Below are positions 1 through 9,057 of a stretch of DNA of 64,000 nucleotides, piece after piece. This DNA is from Polyangiaceae bacterium (lineage in GTDB: Bacteria > Myxococcota_A > Polyangia > Polyangiales > Polyangiaceae). The stretch covers positions 672,001 to 736,000 of the forward strand of contig CBDCTZ010000014.1 in NCBI GenBank assembly GCA_965222375.1, written 5' to 3'. The position numbers were made by a program, and so were the translations under genes. Position 1 is the first letter of the stretch, and each line of letters begins with the position of its first letter. The notes under the pieces are model-generated. The model had not been told where the DNA came from, made no database searches, and saw only the letters and a list, made by a program, of their open reading frames with translations.

Positions 1-45
1 GTCGGGAGCTGGGATTTTGGTATTGGCTGCCCCCACCACCATCCG

Positions 46-1537
46 CTCAAGATCTATCACATCTTGCCAAGCGCAAAGGGCTGTGATCAAAGCTTCAAAT
101 GGCTGAAGGAAAGCGGATCGCTTGGGTTGAAAAAGACTTTGGAGGCGCGGAGCTCGGGGACGCGAGACGTTCTGCCCGGTTGCTCCAAGTGGTTGACGCG
201 GTTGCACGGCAGCCCGGCCTGGGATTCCCTCGTGCCTTCGAATCCACTGCCGAATTGGAGGGCTTCTATCGATTTATCAACAACGACGCGTTCGACGGAC
301 AGGCAGTTCTGAAGCCGCATCGAAAAGCAACGCAGGCACGTGCGGAAGCTTCCGACGGCGTGCTGTTCATTCACGACACGACGACGGTTGAGTTTCGGGG
401 AGAGGGAACGCGCGAAGGGCTAGGATATACGACCGCTCTTGGTCGTCAGGGATTCATGGCCCATGTGTCGCTGTGTATCAGCGCCTCGAGTGGTCTTCCT
501 CTCGGGATCAGCAACATCGAGACTTACACACGCACCGGGAAGACTTGGAGAAAACGAAAGAAGAAGCGGTCCGCAAGGCGTGACGGTGAGCCGCGCGAAT
601 CGGCACGATGGTTGCGTGGCGTGACTGCGTCGGAAACGGAGGCGCTTCGAGGCCGAGCAATCCACATCATGGATGCCGAGGCGGACTTCTTCGACCTCAT
701 GCGGCAGCTGACGAGCGAATCTTCGCGATTTGTCATCCGCGCTGGGCAGCTGGAGCGCCTCGTGCACGACGAAGGTGAACTCGTCCACCTACGCCAAGCG
801 GTTGATGGACTCAAAGCCGTTGCACATCGAGACGTCTTCTTGAGCGAGCGGAAACGGAACGTGAAAACGCAGGGAGCAAAAGGCCGGAAGAAGCACCCAC
901 CGCGAGACGCGCGAACCGCCCGTGTTGCCATTGCTGGAACAACTGTTTCCTTCGGAAAGACCCGGTACACGCGCCATGCGGGAGGGAGTTTCGAGCTGAA
1001 TGTCGTGCGTGCATGGGAGGTCTCTCCACCACCGGGCGAGGACCCCGTTGATTGGATTCTTCTCACGTCCGAGCCGGTAGGAACCCAAGCGCAGCTCAAA
1101 AGAATCGCCGACCTGTATTGCAAGCGATGGACGATTGAGGACTACTTCAAAGCGCTAAAAACAGGCTGTTCACTCGAACGAAGGCAGGTGGAGTCCTACG
1201 ATGCGCTCCGCAAGGTCCTGGCAATTCTTGCCCCCATCGCATGCCGGCTTCTCTGGCTGCGAGCGATGGACCGAACGAATTCCAACGCGCCGGCAGCCAG
1301 TGCATTTGATGCAGTGAGTCTCGAACTGCTCCAACGAGACCGTGCAACCCGCGGCATGCGTCCGCCAAGAACAGTAGGTGATGCCGTCGCCCTACTTGCC
1401 CGGCTGGGTGGCCATATCAAGAACAACGGGCCACCGGGTTGGATGACGCTGGGGCGCGGCTACGAAAAGCTTCTGCTCCTGAAAGCTGGGTGGCACATGG
1501 CCTTCGATTCCATCCAGAAAAAGTGATCAATCATGAG
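46..1537 (+). mobile_element. IS4-family (IS50/Tn5-like) insertion sequence, 1492 bp
   Basis: Imperfect terminal IRs CTCAAGATCTATCAC (46-60) and GTGATCAATCATGAG (1523-1537), 12/15 match; perfect 10-bp TSD CCACCATCCG at 36-45 and 1538-1547; one transposase ORF fills the element. Confidence 0.93.
99..1526 (+). CDS. IS4-family DDE transposase (IS50-like)
   Basis: N-terminal FGGAELGDARR, IHDTT (D), MDAEAD (D), YCKRWTIEDYFKALKTGC (YREK), C-terminal LARLGGHIKNNGPPGW dimerisation motif. Confidence 0.95.
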   Translation: MAEGKRIAWVEKDFGGAELGDARRSARLLQVVDAVARQPGLGFPRAFESTAELEGFYRFINNDAFDGQAVLKPHRKATQARAEASDGVLFIHDTTTVEFRGEGTREGLGYTTALGRQGFMAHVSLCISASSGLPLGISNIETYTRTGKTWRKRKKKRSARRDGEPRESARWLRGVTASETEALRGRAIHIMDAEADFFDLMRQLTSESSRFVIRAGQLERLVHDEGELVHLRQAVDGLKAVAHRDVFLSERKRNVKTQGAKGRKKHPPRDARTARVAIAGTTVSFGKTRYTRHAGGSFELNVVRAWEVSPPPGEDPVDWILLTSEPVGTQAQLKRIADLYCKRWTIEDYFKALKTGCSLERRQVESYDALRKVLAILAPIACRLLWLRAMDRTNSNAPAASAFDAVSLELLQRDRATRGMRPPRTVGDAVALLARLGGHIKNNGPPGWMTLGRGYEKLLLLKAGWHMAFDSIQKK

Positions 1538-1631
1538 CCACCATCCGTCCTCGCGCCTGCGGCGCTGCGGGCGGGTGGCCTCCCCCAAATCGCGGGACTG
1601 CGGCCTTCGGCCTTGCCCGCTCAGGGGGAGG
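1538..1631. repeat. REP-like nested palindrome containing the IS4 target site
   Basis: CCTCCCCC (1579-1586) pairs with GGGGGAGG (1624-1631), enclosing GCGGG/CCCGC and GGCC-TTC-GGCC; upstream GCGCC-TGC-GGCGC hairpin and CCACC/GGTGG arms. Confidence 0.55.
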
Positions 1632-2103
1632 AAGGCACGACCCGACGCAGCAACGGCTGGCAGACCGTGCTGTGAGTGGGAGGTGGGAGGCAGAGTTAGT
1701 CGGGAGCCAGACGACGGCTCAGCGCGCACCCGGCTTCGCTTGCAGCCGGTCGTACTGGTTGCACGTCGTGCAAGCGGGTGCCGGCAGCTCCTAGGCCGGC
1801 AGCTCCCGAGCAGAAATCCCGCGCATACGGACTCGTTGGCACACCTTCTTCTTGGTTGGATGTGCCTCGTCCAGTCGTGCACATGCGCGGGCCTGGTTTC
1901 ATGAGCCCAACCCCTCCTTGTGGATGGAAACGGCAGCCGTGTCTCCCGGCAATGCCACGTACGCATGAGTGGGTACCCGATCGACGATCGGGATGAAAGA
2001 CCGACGGCGCCATGATACGAGCTTGGGGCAGCCGACCCTTGAACAGACGTTCGCCGGCGGAGCACGCCGCGCACTTGCACAATAATGCCGTTCGCCAACG
2101 ACG

Positions 2104-2985
2104 ATGAGCCAGCGTTCTCTGGATAGCGAAGAAACCCGCGACACCCTCGCAGCCGCGCTCCGCCCCAGCGGTCGCATCGACGTGCGCCCCAACTCGTCCG
2201 ACGGGGGGCCTGCCCTGTCCCCGCGCGTGCAGCGGCGCATCGCCGACGCGTTCGGCGCGGGCCGGGGCGACGGCGTGCTGCAGCTCGGCGCGGGAGAGCT
2301 CGACACCGACCTCGATCCGACGCTCGCGTACTGGCGCGAGGTCGGCAAGGCCGTGGTGGCCAGAGTCTGCGGCGCGCTCGATCCAACCGATCCGAAGTCG
2401 GTCGTCGTGCCGGAGCCCGATCCGGGAGAGCTGACGAGCTTCGCCCAGGCCGCCCCTCCCATGTTGGGCGCGGAGCTGATCACGCCGTCCTTGCTCGGCG
2501 ACGTCTGGGCCGACGTCGGCAAGGCCCTGAGAGCCGAGGCCGCGCGCTCCGACGAGGGCGTTCAGGGATACCTGAAGCGGCAGAGCTCGGCGTGGCACGT
2601 CGTCGGCCGCGTCTGCTTGCACCTGGCCGAGAACAAGCGCGACCCGTCGTTCCCCTTCGCCTTCATCGCGACCTACGCGCACCAGATCTCCAAGCGGGCC
2701 AGGCCCCAGCACCGGCCCCTCGGGCAGGCGCTCCAGGAGCTCGCCGGAGCGAGAAACCGGCAGAAGCTGCTCGCGTTGCTCTCCCCCCTGTCGCTCGCGG
2801 CCGAAGGGAGCGAGCTCATTCGCGAGCTCGTCCACGTCACGCGCATGCGGACGGTCGGGTGGCGCCGCGATCAAGCGCAGCGTCGTCACTGGCGCTTTCG
2901 CCGCCAACGTTGTGCCCCTGGCCATAGCCGGCCTTGTTGCGCCTGGCATGGGGCCCCCTGCCGCACCTCGCAGAACCGTCGATGA
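2104..2985 (+). pseudogene. N-terminal fragment of a SNF2-related helicase, truncated near 2833
   Basis: WHVVGRVCLHLAENKRDPSFPFAFIATY...HRPLGQALQE resembles bacterial SNF2 helicase N-termini; no Walker/helicase motifs; sequence after ELIRELV looks non-coding. Confidence 0.75.
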
Positions 2986-3347
2986 CGGACTCGTTGGCCC
3001 ATCCCCCAAAAACCAAACCCCGAAGATCAGGTCAGGACTTGGTTGACGCGCTTGAAGGCTCGGCTGGAGGGGCCGAGTTTGGTGGAGATGCCGTGGGCTT
3101 CGATCAGGGTGTTGTAGAGGTCGAGGCCTTCGGCGCCGACGTCGACGATACTGCCGGTCTTGAAGCGACCGTTGGCGCCGCTGATGGCGTGGAATAGGCC
3201 GGAGAGCTCGCGTTTGGAATCGCTGTGGCGTCCGTCGCCGCTTTCCGTCGAGATGGTGATGAGGGAGTTTTCCAGGATCGTCTTGCCGTTGTCGTCGGCG
3301 TCGTTGGGATCGTCGAGCAGCTTCAAGAACCGCGCGAACTCCGCGAG
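2978..3347. repeat. 370-bp direct repeat copy 1 (3' end of DUF1552 gene plus downstream DNA)
   Basis: Matches 8688-9057 (offset 5710); only one mismatch seen (3150 A vs 8860 G). Confidence 0.95.
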
Positions 3348-3457
3348 GAATGACCGTTCGGCGCTACGACCTGTGTTGGGAGGGAACAACGCTGACGCAA
3401 GTCGTCGACCGGCTCAAGAAGACGTCCAAGTGCGGATTCTGCTCATTCATTGTAGCG

Positions 3458-3763
3458 TTACTGCGCCGCGTCTTTGCGCGCCCCATCGAGCACCCACTCC
3501 TCGGTATTGGGTACGGACTGATAGCGCGCTGCTTTCCCGCAGCCCCGGACCCCCAAAGTGCTCTCACGTCCGTTAGGATAGTGAGTCAGCGCTTGGATCT
3601 TGAGTTTGGCGCGCGGACAATCGAGGTCAAACTCCGCGATGCTGGCCACTTTCGCGCGCGCTTTCTGGTTGTTTTCTTGCACCAGGCCCTTGAACGCCGC
3701 CCCGCAGCCCATGAATGTGCAAACGAGCAGCATCGTTAGGCCCGCTAGCCCATGGCGATCCAT
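3458..3763 (-). CDS. Small hypothetical lipoprotein
   Basis: Signal peptide with lipobox FMGC; AEFDLDC...GVRGCGKAARY resembles small myxobacterial lipoproteins. Confidence 0.7.
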   Translation of the reverse strand: MDRHGLAGLTMLLVCTFMGCGAAFKGLVQENNQKARAKVASIAEFDLDCPRAKLKIQALTHYPNGRESTLGVRGCGKAARYQSVPNTEEWVLDGARKDAAQ

Positions 3764-4042
3764 CGGCAGTGCCTATCATATGTCGCTCGTCCAGACTAGC
3801 TCACCCTCCGGCCCCTCCCAAGCTGGCTCTCAAATCGCCGTCATTCCACCCTGAATGAAACAACTAGATCGTGGAACGGAGGTTACGTGAACCTTCCACG
3901 CCGTGTTTCGGCGCGAACGCTTTTGGTCGGCCTGGACTCTCCAGATTCCGCTCTTCGACGTCGAGCATTCGCTCCCCTCCGCTGGCGACAGCCTACAACG
4001 CAGTTCGTTTGTCGTCAGCTCAGATCAACAGTGAACGGGACA

Positions 4043-4124
4043 TTGCCCAGCCCTCGCCAGTGGCGATATAGGTGATGTCCCCCACCCAACCACGATTTGG
4101 AGCAGCAACGTCAGCTCGAGCGGC
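4043..4124 (-). pseudogene. IS3-family transposase (rve core) remnant
   Basis: APNRGWVGDITYIATGEGW is the IS3-type WxxDITY motif; no remaining catalytic core. Confidence 0.75.
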
Positions 4125-5571
4125 GCGTAGGACAATCGAACTGTGAAAACGCGGGTGGGGAGGGCCGAGGAGGGTGGCAAAGAGCGGCGACGATAGCACC
4201 GGGAGCGGAACGGCTGGGTGGTTTGCAGGCGAAGGGGGGTCTTTTGCTGAGATGTCGGCGAGCCCAAGACGCAGCTCCGCCGAAGCGGCCTGCGTGTGGC
4301 GCTCAACCCTGTCTGGCCGGGAACTGGAGCACCAGTTGCTCGGGCACGGGCAGCTGGGCCCGAGGGCTCGGAGGAGCTCGCGGGCCAAGACCGTGCTCAG
4401 CGAGCAGCCGCGTGATGTCGACGCGGGTGGTCGCGATGTCAGCCCAGCGCAGCGGTCCGTTACAGCGTGGGCAGTGCTCCAGGTCGGCCCTGAAGACGTG
4501 CGCGAGGAGCCAAGCCCAGCGCTTGCGTGATGGTGGAGCGTCGTCCAACTCGTCAAGCAACTCTAACTGATCGCCGGGAGCGGGAGGAGGCTTGTCTGCG
4601 GCGTGGTCGGCGTGGTCGGCGGCCGGATTGGGGACGACTCGTTCCCGGTGCGAGGAATGACTAGAGAGCACGCCGAAGTAGCGCAACATGTGGAAGCGCG
4701 GGGGCGGTACTGCCGAGACCATACGTGCAATCAGGTCGTGGGGCTCGAGAACGAGCGCGCGCGTGCCGTCCCGCCACGGCTTGTTGAAGCTGAGCTCGAG
4801 CTTGCCGTCTGTGCGTCGCTCGAGGCGGTCCTGGGCGACAGGCGGTCGCGTGATGTACTTGCAAAGTCGCTCGACGCGGCGGCGGTCCCGCCCGTCCACG
4901 AGCTGCGCGGCGTGGATGTTGATGCCGCGCACTTCGGCGATGGGCTGGTCGGTGATGTCGGAGGCGCGAGGGCGCGCGGGGGGGCTCTTGGGGGAGCAGC
5001 AATCGCAGCAGAGGCTTGCCGGCGCGCTGCCCGCTGAGGGAAATACCTTGCGCAGCAGCGGCATAGCAGCCTGCAAGAGCAGGCTCATCCAGGCAGAGCA
5101 GCGGCGGCTCGGCGTCGCCGAACTCAGGGTCGAGGCTGCGGCCGTGGGCGTGCAGGATGCGCTCGACGCGTACGGCCGTGCGTGCGGCAACCTCCGCGAT
5201 GTCCGCGTGGGTTGGCGCGTCAAGCTCAAGGAACTCGAGTGGAGCGTGAGGGTCGTCTCCTTGGTGCCAGTGCACGCCGTCGAGCACGAGTGCGTGAAAA
5301 TGCACGTTTAGTCGCAGAGCACTGTCCGTGCGCTGCACCGCGACCAGTGCGCCGGTCAGCAGGTCGCGTGCGCTAGCGAGCCCCAACTGTTGTTTGGCAC
5401 GCCAGCGCAGCGAGCGACGCACCTCGGTCATGAACCCGCTCACCACCTCGGAGCAGAGCTTGCGGTCATACCCCAGCAGCGCTCGCAGTCCCCAGGGCAA
5501 TGAGCAGATCCAGTGACGGATGGGCACGCTTGGCAGCACCCGCGTTTCGAGATGCACAGCAGTATCGGCCA

Positions 5572-6060
5572 TCAGCAATACAACATGATGCGCACAAGAC
5601 CGGTGTGCGTACCGTCGTTTACGCGTGGCACCCGTTGCATGGTCAGGCCGTCGCGGTGGTTTGTCGTGGCGCTTTCGGCATGCTCCGCTGTTTGGTAGGC
5701 CCGGGCGCGCCGGACCGACTCGTGAGCATCCCTGCGTGGATGCTGGACCCGGTGTCCTGCGCGGGGATGCGGGTCGAAGCTGAACCGCGCGTGTCGATGA
5801 GCGCGCTCGAAGAGCTCCGCTGCCTGCTGGAGGAGTCCCGAGCGCTGGACATGGGGCACGAGTCGGGGGCACTGACGGCGCATGAAGAAGCGCAGACGAA
5901 GACGCGGGGTTCAAATGGTTCTGCCACAACCCGGCCCGCCGCTTCCGAGGTGGAAGGCACTTCCCGAAGCGTCGCGCAAGGAGGTCATCACGCTGCTCGC
6001 CGAAGCGCTCCGACAACACAGCCGACGACAACTCGGAAGACGAAAGGGAGGTCATCATGA
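5572..6060 (+). CDS. Accessory protein (DUF5372-like); start probably supplied by the element's right end on circularisation
   Basis: VVYAWHPLHGQ...SIPAWMLDP...EPRVSMSALEELRCLL resembles ORFs found upstream of this recombinase type; frame open through the left junction with no clear internal RBS/start. Confidence 0.6.
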   Translation, partial: SAIQHDAHKTGVRTVVYAWHPLHGQAVAVVCRGAFGMLRCLVGPGAPDRLVSIPAWMLDPVSCAGMRVEAEPRVSMSALEELRCLLEESRALDMGHESGALTAHEEAQTKTRGSNGSATTRPAASEVEGTSRSVAQGGHHAARRSAPTTQPTTTRKTKGRSS

Positions 6061-6064
6061 ATGA
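5882..6064 (+). CDS. Small hypothetical protein coupled to the recombinase
   Basis: PRWKALPEASRKEVITLLAEAL helix; end overlaps the recombinase start (ATGAATGA) with GGAGG RBS. Confidence 0.55.
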   Translation: MKKRRRRRGVQMVLPQPGPPLPRWKALPEASRKEVITLLAEALRQHSRRQLGRRKGGHHE

Positions 6065-8141
6065 GAAGATCGGCGAACACCACGTGGCGCGACGCGCGAT
6101 CCTGTACGTACGCCAGTCGTCCCAGCAACAGCTGATGAACAACCGCGAAAGCCAGCGGCAGCAATACGCGATGCGTGACCGATTGCGCGAGTTGGGGTTT
6201 CGCGAGGTCGACGTGATCGATGAGGACCTGGGCAAATCGGCAGCTGGGTCCGTCGAGCGCAGAGGTTTCCGCCGGCTGGTCGCTGACGTTTCCCTTGGTC
6301 AGGTGGGTGCCGTGGCCGCCCGGGAAGTTTCGCGTTTCGCGCGCAACAGTCGGGAGTGGCAGCAACTCATCGAGATCTGTCGCGTGGTCGACACGCTGCT
6401 GGTGGATCACGACACGGTGTATGCGCCGCGACATAGCAACGACCGTTTGCTCTTGGGGCTCAAGGGCAGCCTCAACGAGTACGAGCTCGACCTGCTACGC
6501 ATGCGTGGATTGGAGGCACAAAGGCAGAAAGCGCAGCGCGGGGAATTGGTTGCGGGCGTTCCGGTGGGTTACCGAGTGGGAGGTGATGGACGCCTCGAGA
6601 AGGCGCCGGACGCACGTATCCGGCAGGCCATCGAGCTAGTCTTCTCCAAGTTCTTCGAACTGGGTAGTGCGCGACAGGTGGTGATATGGATGCGCGAGAG
6701 CGGCATTCAGACACCCGTGAACCGCAATCGGCGTGGCGAGGTTGTCTGGAAGAAGCCGACGGCCGACTTCGTCTATCGGACACTGAAGAATCCGATTTAT
6801 GCGGGCGCCTACGTGTACGGACGGACCAAAGTCCACACCCGTATCGTGGACGGGCAGCCCCGACGTGCCGCTACGCGAGTGCCTCGAGACCAGTGGTCGG
6901 CGTTGCTTCGGGACCGTCACGAGGCATATATCAGCTGGGAGCAGTTCGAGCGTGCGTGACAAATGTTGTCAAAGAACGAACAGAGGCGAGGAGCAGCAGG
7001 AGCACCCAAGGGTGGCGCTGCACTCCTGGGCGGCCTCGTTTGGTGTCGCCGTTGCGGCCGCCGCCTGGGCGTGAGTTATAGCGGGACAAAGCAAGGTATT
7101 GCTCGCTACACATGCAACGATGACCACGACCGCTCCGGTGGACCGCGATGCATCTCGTTCAGCGCAACCGACGTGGACGCGCAGATCGTCGAGCGGGTGC
7201 TCGCTGTCGTGCGGCCGGGTGCGATCGAAGCTGCCCACGTTGCATGGGACCAGGACGTGGCGGAACGTGATGATGCCGTGGCTGCGCTGGAACTGCAGCT
7301 GCAACAGGCGCGCTACGAGGCTCAACGCGCTGAACGTCAATACGATGCTGTCGAGCCTGAAAACCGCACCGTGGCCGTCGAACTCGAGCGCCGATGGAAT
7401 ACTGCCCTCGAAGCCGTACGCACAGTCGAGCAGCGCATCGGCGAGGCCACGGCAACGCGGGCAGAGGTCTCGCGCCCACCCGACATCGGGCGATATCTCG
7501 AGCTCGCACGCGACGTGGAACGCGTGTGGACAGCGCCTACGACCAAGCCATCCACGAAGAAGCGCATCACGCGCGCTGTGGTGGAGCAGGTTTGGGTTGA
7601 CGTGGACACCGAGCGCTCCGAGATCCTCCTCGTCGTGCACTGGAAGGGAGGGGTGCACACCGAGTTACGTGTCCCCAAGCGTCGCACTGGCCAACGTCGC
7701 AACACCACAGCTGCCGAAGTCGTCGAAGCCGTGCGCGTGCTCGCGCGCGTCATGGGCGACATGCAGATCGCCCGATGGCTTGGGCGCGCTGGTGTGCGCA
7801 CGCCCACGGGAGGCCACTACAGCCGGGCGCTGGTCGCGTCTGTACGCCATCGATACAAGATCGAACCGTGCTCGAAGCAGCGTGATCGGGGCGAATGGCT
7901 GACCTGCGAAGAAGCTGCAGCTCTTGTTCAGGTCGATCCGAAGACGCTACGACGCGCAGCGCAGCGAAACGAAATTCCCTCGCAGCATCCGCTACCGAAT
8001 GGACCCTGGATCTTCGCTCGCAGCGATGTCGTGGGCTCGGACGCAGCCGAGCGCATCACCACCCGAGCACGTGCATACCGACAAGGCAAGAACACTGGAC
8101 CTGCACCGAACCAACTCAACCTAACAATTCCAAAGACATAG
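6057..8141 (+). pseudogene. Large serine recombinase (resolvase, recombinase, Zn-ribbon/coiled coil, C-terminal HTH) with in-frame TGA at 6957-6959
   Basis: AILYVRQSS catalytic Ser, DEDLGKSA, EVSRFARN, LKNPIYAGAYVYG, CRRCG; WLTCEEAAALVQVDPKTLRR excisionase-like HTH; ORFs 6057-6959 and 6963-8141 share one frame. Confidence 0.92.
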
Positions 8142-8687
8142 CGAGGTGATGCATCATGAAGCGTCCTTCATGCGACGTCCGAGACAAGATGGACAGAAGC
8201 CGCGTCGCTTGCAGCTGAATGCCACCAGCTCCGAGTAGCCGCAGTCGCGACAGGCCAGGCGCAAACACCCATGCTCGAGCAAACCGCAGCGCAGGTACTC
8301 CTCGAACTCGGCCGTCACGAAGCGAGGCAGACCGCCCTGCTCCTCTGCACGCTCCAGGAACGCCGGCCAGTGCTCGGCCACCGTCTGGTAGAGCACGGTG
8401 GTCTCAGGGCGATGACGGAACCTGGAATGCTCGGCCTCGCGGCGAGGGTGTGCGTGCGCTGGGTGACCCACGCCATGGCGTTAGCCAGGAGCGTGCCGCT
8501 CACGCTATGCCAGCAATTGCGCGCATACAGGCCTCTCGCGGGTGGCGAGGCGCCGGCCTCGGCATTGGCGAAGTGCCAGCGGAGGGCAGCACCGGAAGGG
8601 CGGCGCTGTCGCCGTGCCTCCTTGCTCGGCACGCTCGTGTCGTGTGCTTAGGAGAGGGTCGGCCCCGCGCCGGCCCTCGAAGAAACG

Positions 8688-9057
8688 GTCGATGACGGAC
8701 TCGTTGGCCCATCCCCCAAAAACCAAACCCCGAAGATCAGGTCAGGACTTGGTTGACGCGCTTGAAGGCTCGGCTGGAGGGGCCGAGTTTGGTGGAGATG
8801 CCGTGGGCTTCGATCAGGGTGTTGTAGAGGTCGAGGCCTTCGGCGCCGACGTCGACGATGCTGCCGGTCTTGAAGCGACCGTTGGCGCCGCTGATGGCGT
8901 GGAATAGGCCGGAGAGCTCGCGTTTGGAATCGCTGTGGCGTCCGTCGCCGCTTTCCGTCGAGATGGTGATGAGGGAGTTTTCCAGGATCGTCTTGCCGTT
9001 GTCGTCGGCGTCGTTGGGATCGTCGAGCAGCTTCAAGAACCGCGCGAACTCCGCGAG
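8688..9057. repeat. 370-bp direct repeat copy 2 (native DUF1552 3' end)
   Basis: Matches 2978-3347. Confidence 0.95.

Larger units (their letters stand above)
5570..8171 (+). mobile_element. 2.6-kb large-serine-recombinase mobile element
   Basis: CAT at both junctions (5570-72, 8169-71); its removal restores GRR-M-ADTAVHL; subterminal IRs CATGATGC (5584-91) and GCATCATG (8151-58) each lie 11 bp from the AT core. Confidence 0.9.
4303..8471 (-). pseudogene. ISCR-type HUH transposase, split by an insertion (5573-8171) and frameshifted near 4980
   Basis: 8471-8169: Zn-binding CRDC...VAFSCKRRGFCPSCLGRRM; resumes at 5572 MADTAVHL...NVHFHALVLDG (HUH); continues in another frame as RLCKYITRPP (single Tyr) and PPPRFHMLRYFGVL. 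Confidence 0.92.
4124..8690 (-). mobile_element. ISCR/IS91-family rolling-circle element, inactivated, containing a nested LSR element
   Basis: HUH transposase; minus-strand GTTCGATTGTCCTACGCG (4141-4124) resembles ISCR oriIS (GTTTGAACTTCCTATAC) and abuts the IS3 scar; upstream (ter) boundary is approximate. Confidence 0.7.

Noticed and set aside
1827..1840. 14-mer ACGGACTCGTTGGC also found at 2985-2998 and 8695-8708
   Set aside because: Short, flanks unrelated, and no function can be supported; may be chance or an old scar.
2070..2100. attI-like TTGCACAATAATGCC-GTTCGCC before the SNF2 fragment
   Set aside because: No integron integrase or convincing attC found; the core does not match GTTRRRY.
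3027..3389. 120-aa ORF as an independent gene
   Set aside because: It is the duplicated DUF1552 C-terminus with a fortuitous start.
4023..4042. IS-end-like TGTCCCGTTCACTGTTGATC next to the IS3 scar
   Set aside because: No partner inverted repeat or TSD identified.
6957..6959. Selenocysteine or programmed readthrough at the LSR TGA
   Set aside because: Not a Cys-equivalent position and no evident SECIS-like hairpin; a nonsense mutation is simpler.
8483..8498. Sigma-54-like GG-N10-GC motif upstream of the ISCR transposase (minus strand)
   Set aside because: Imperfect consensus in GC-rich DNA and very close to the start; not supportable without TSS data.
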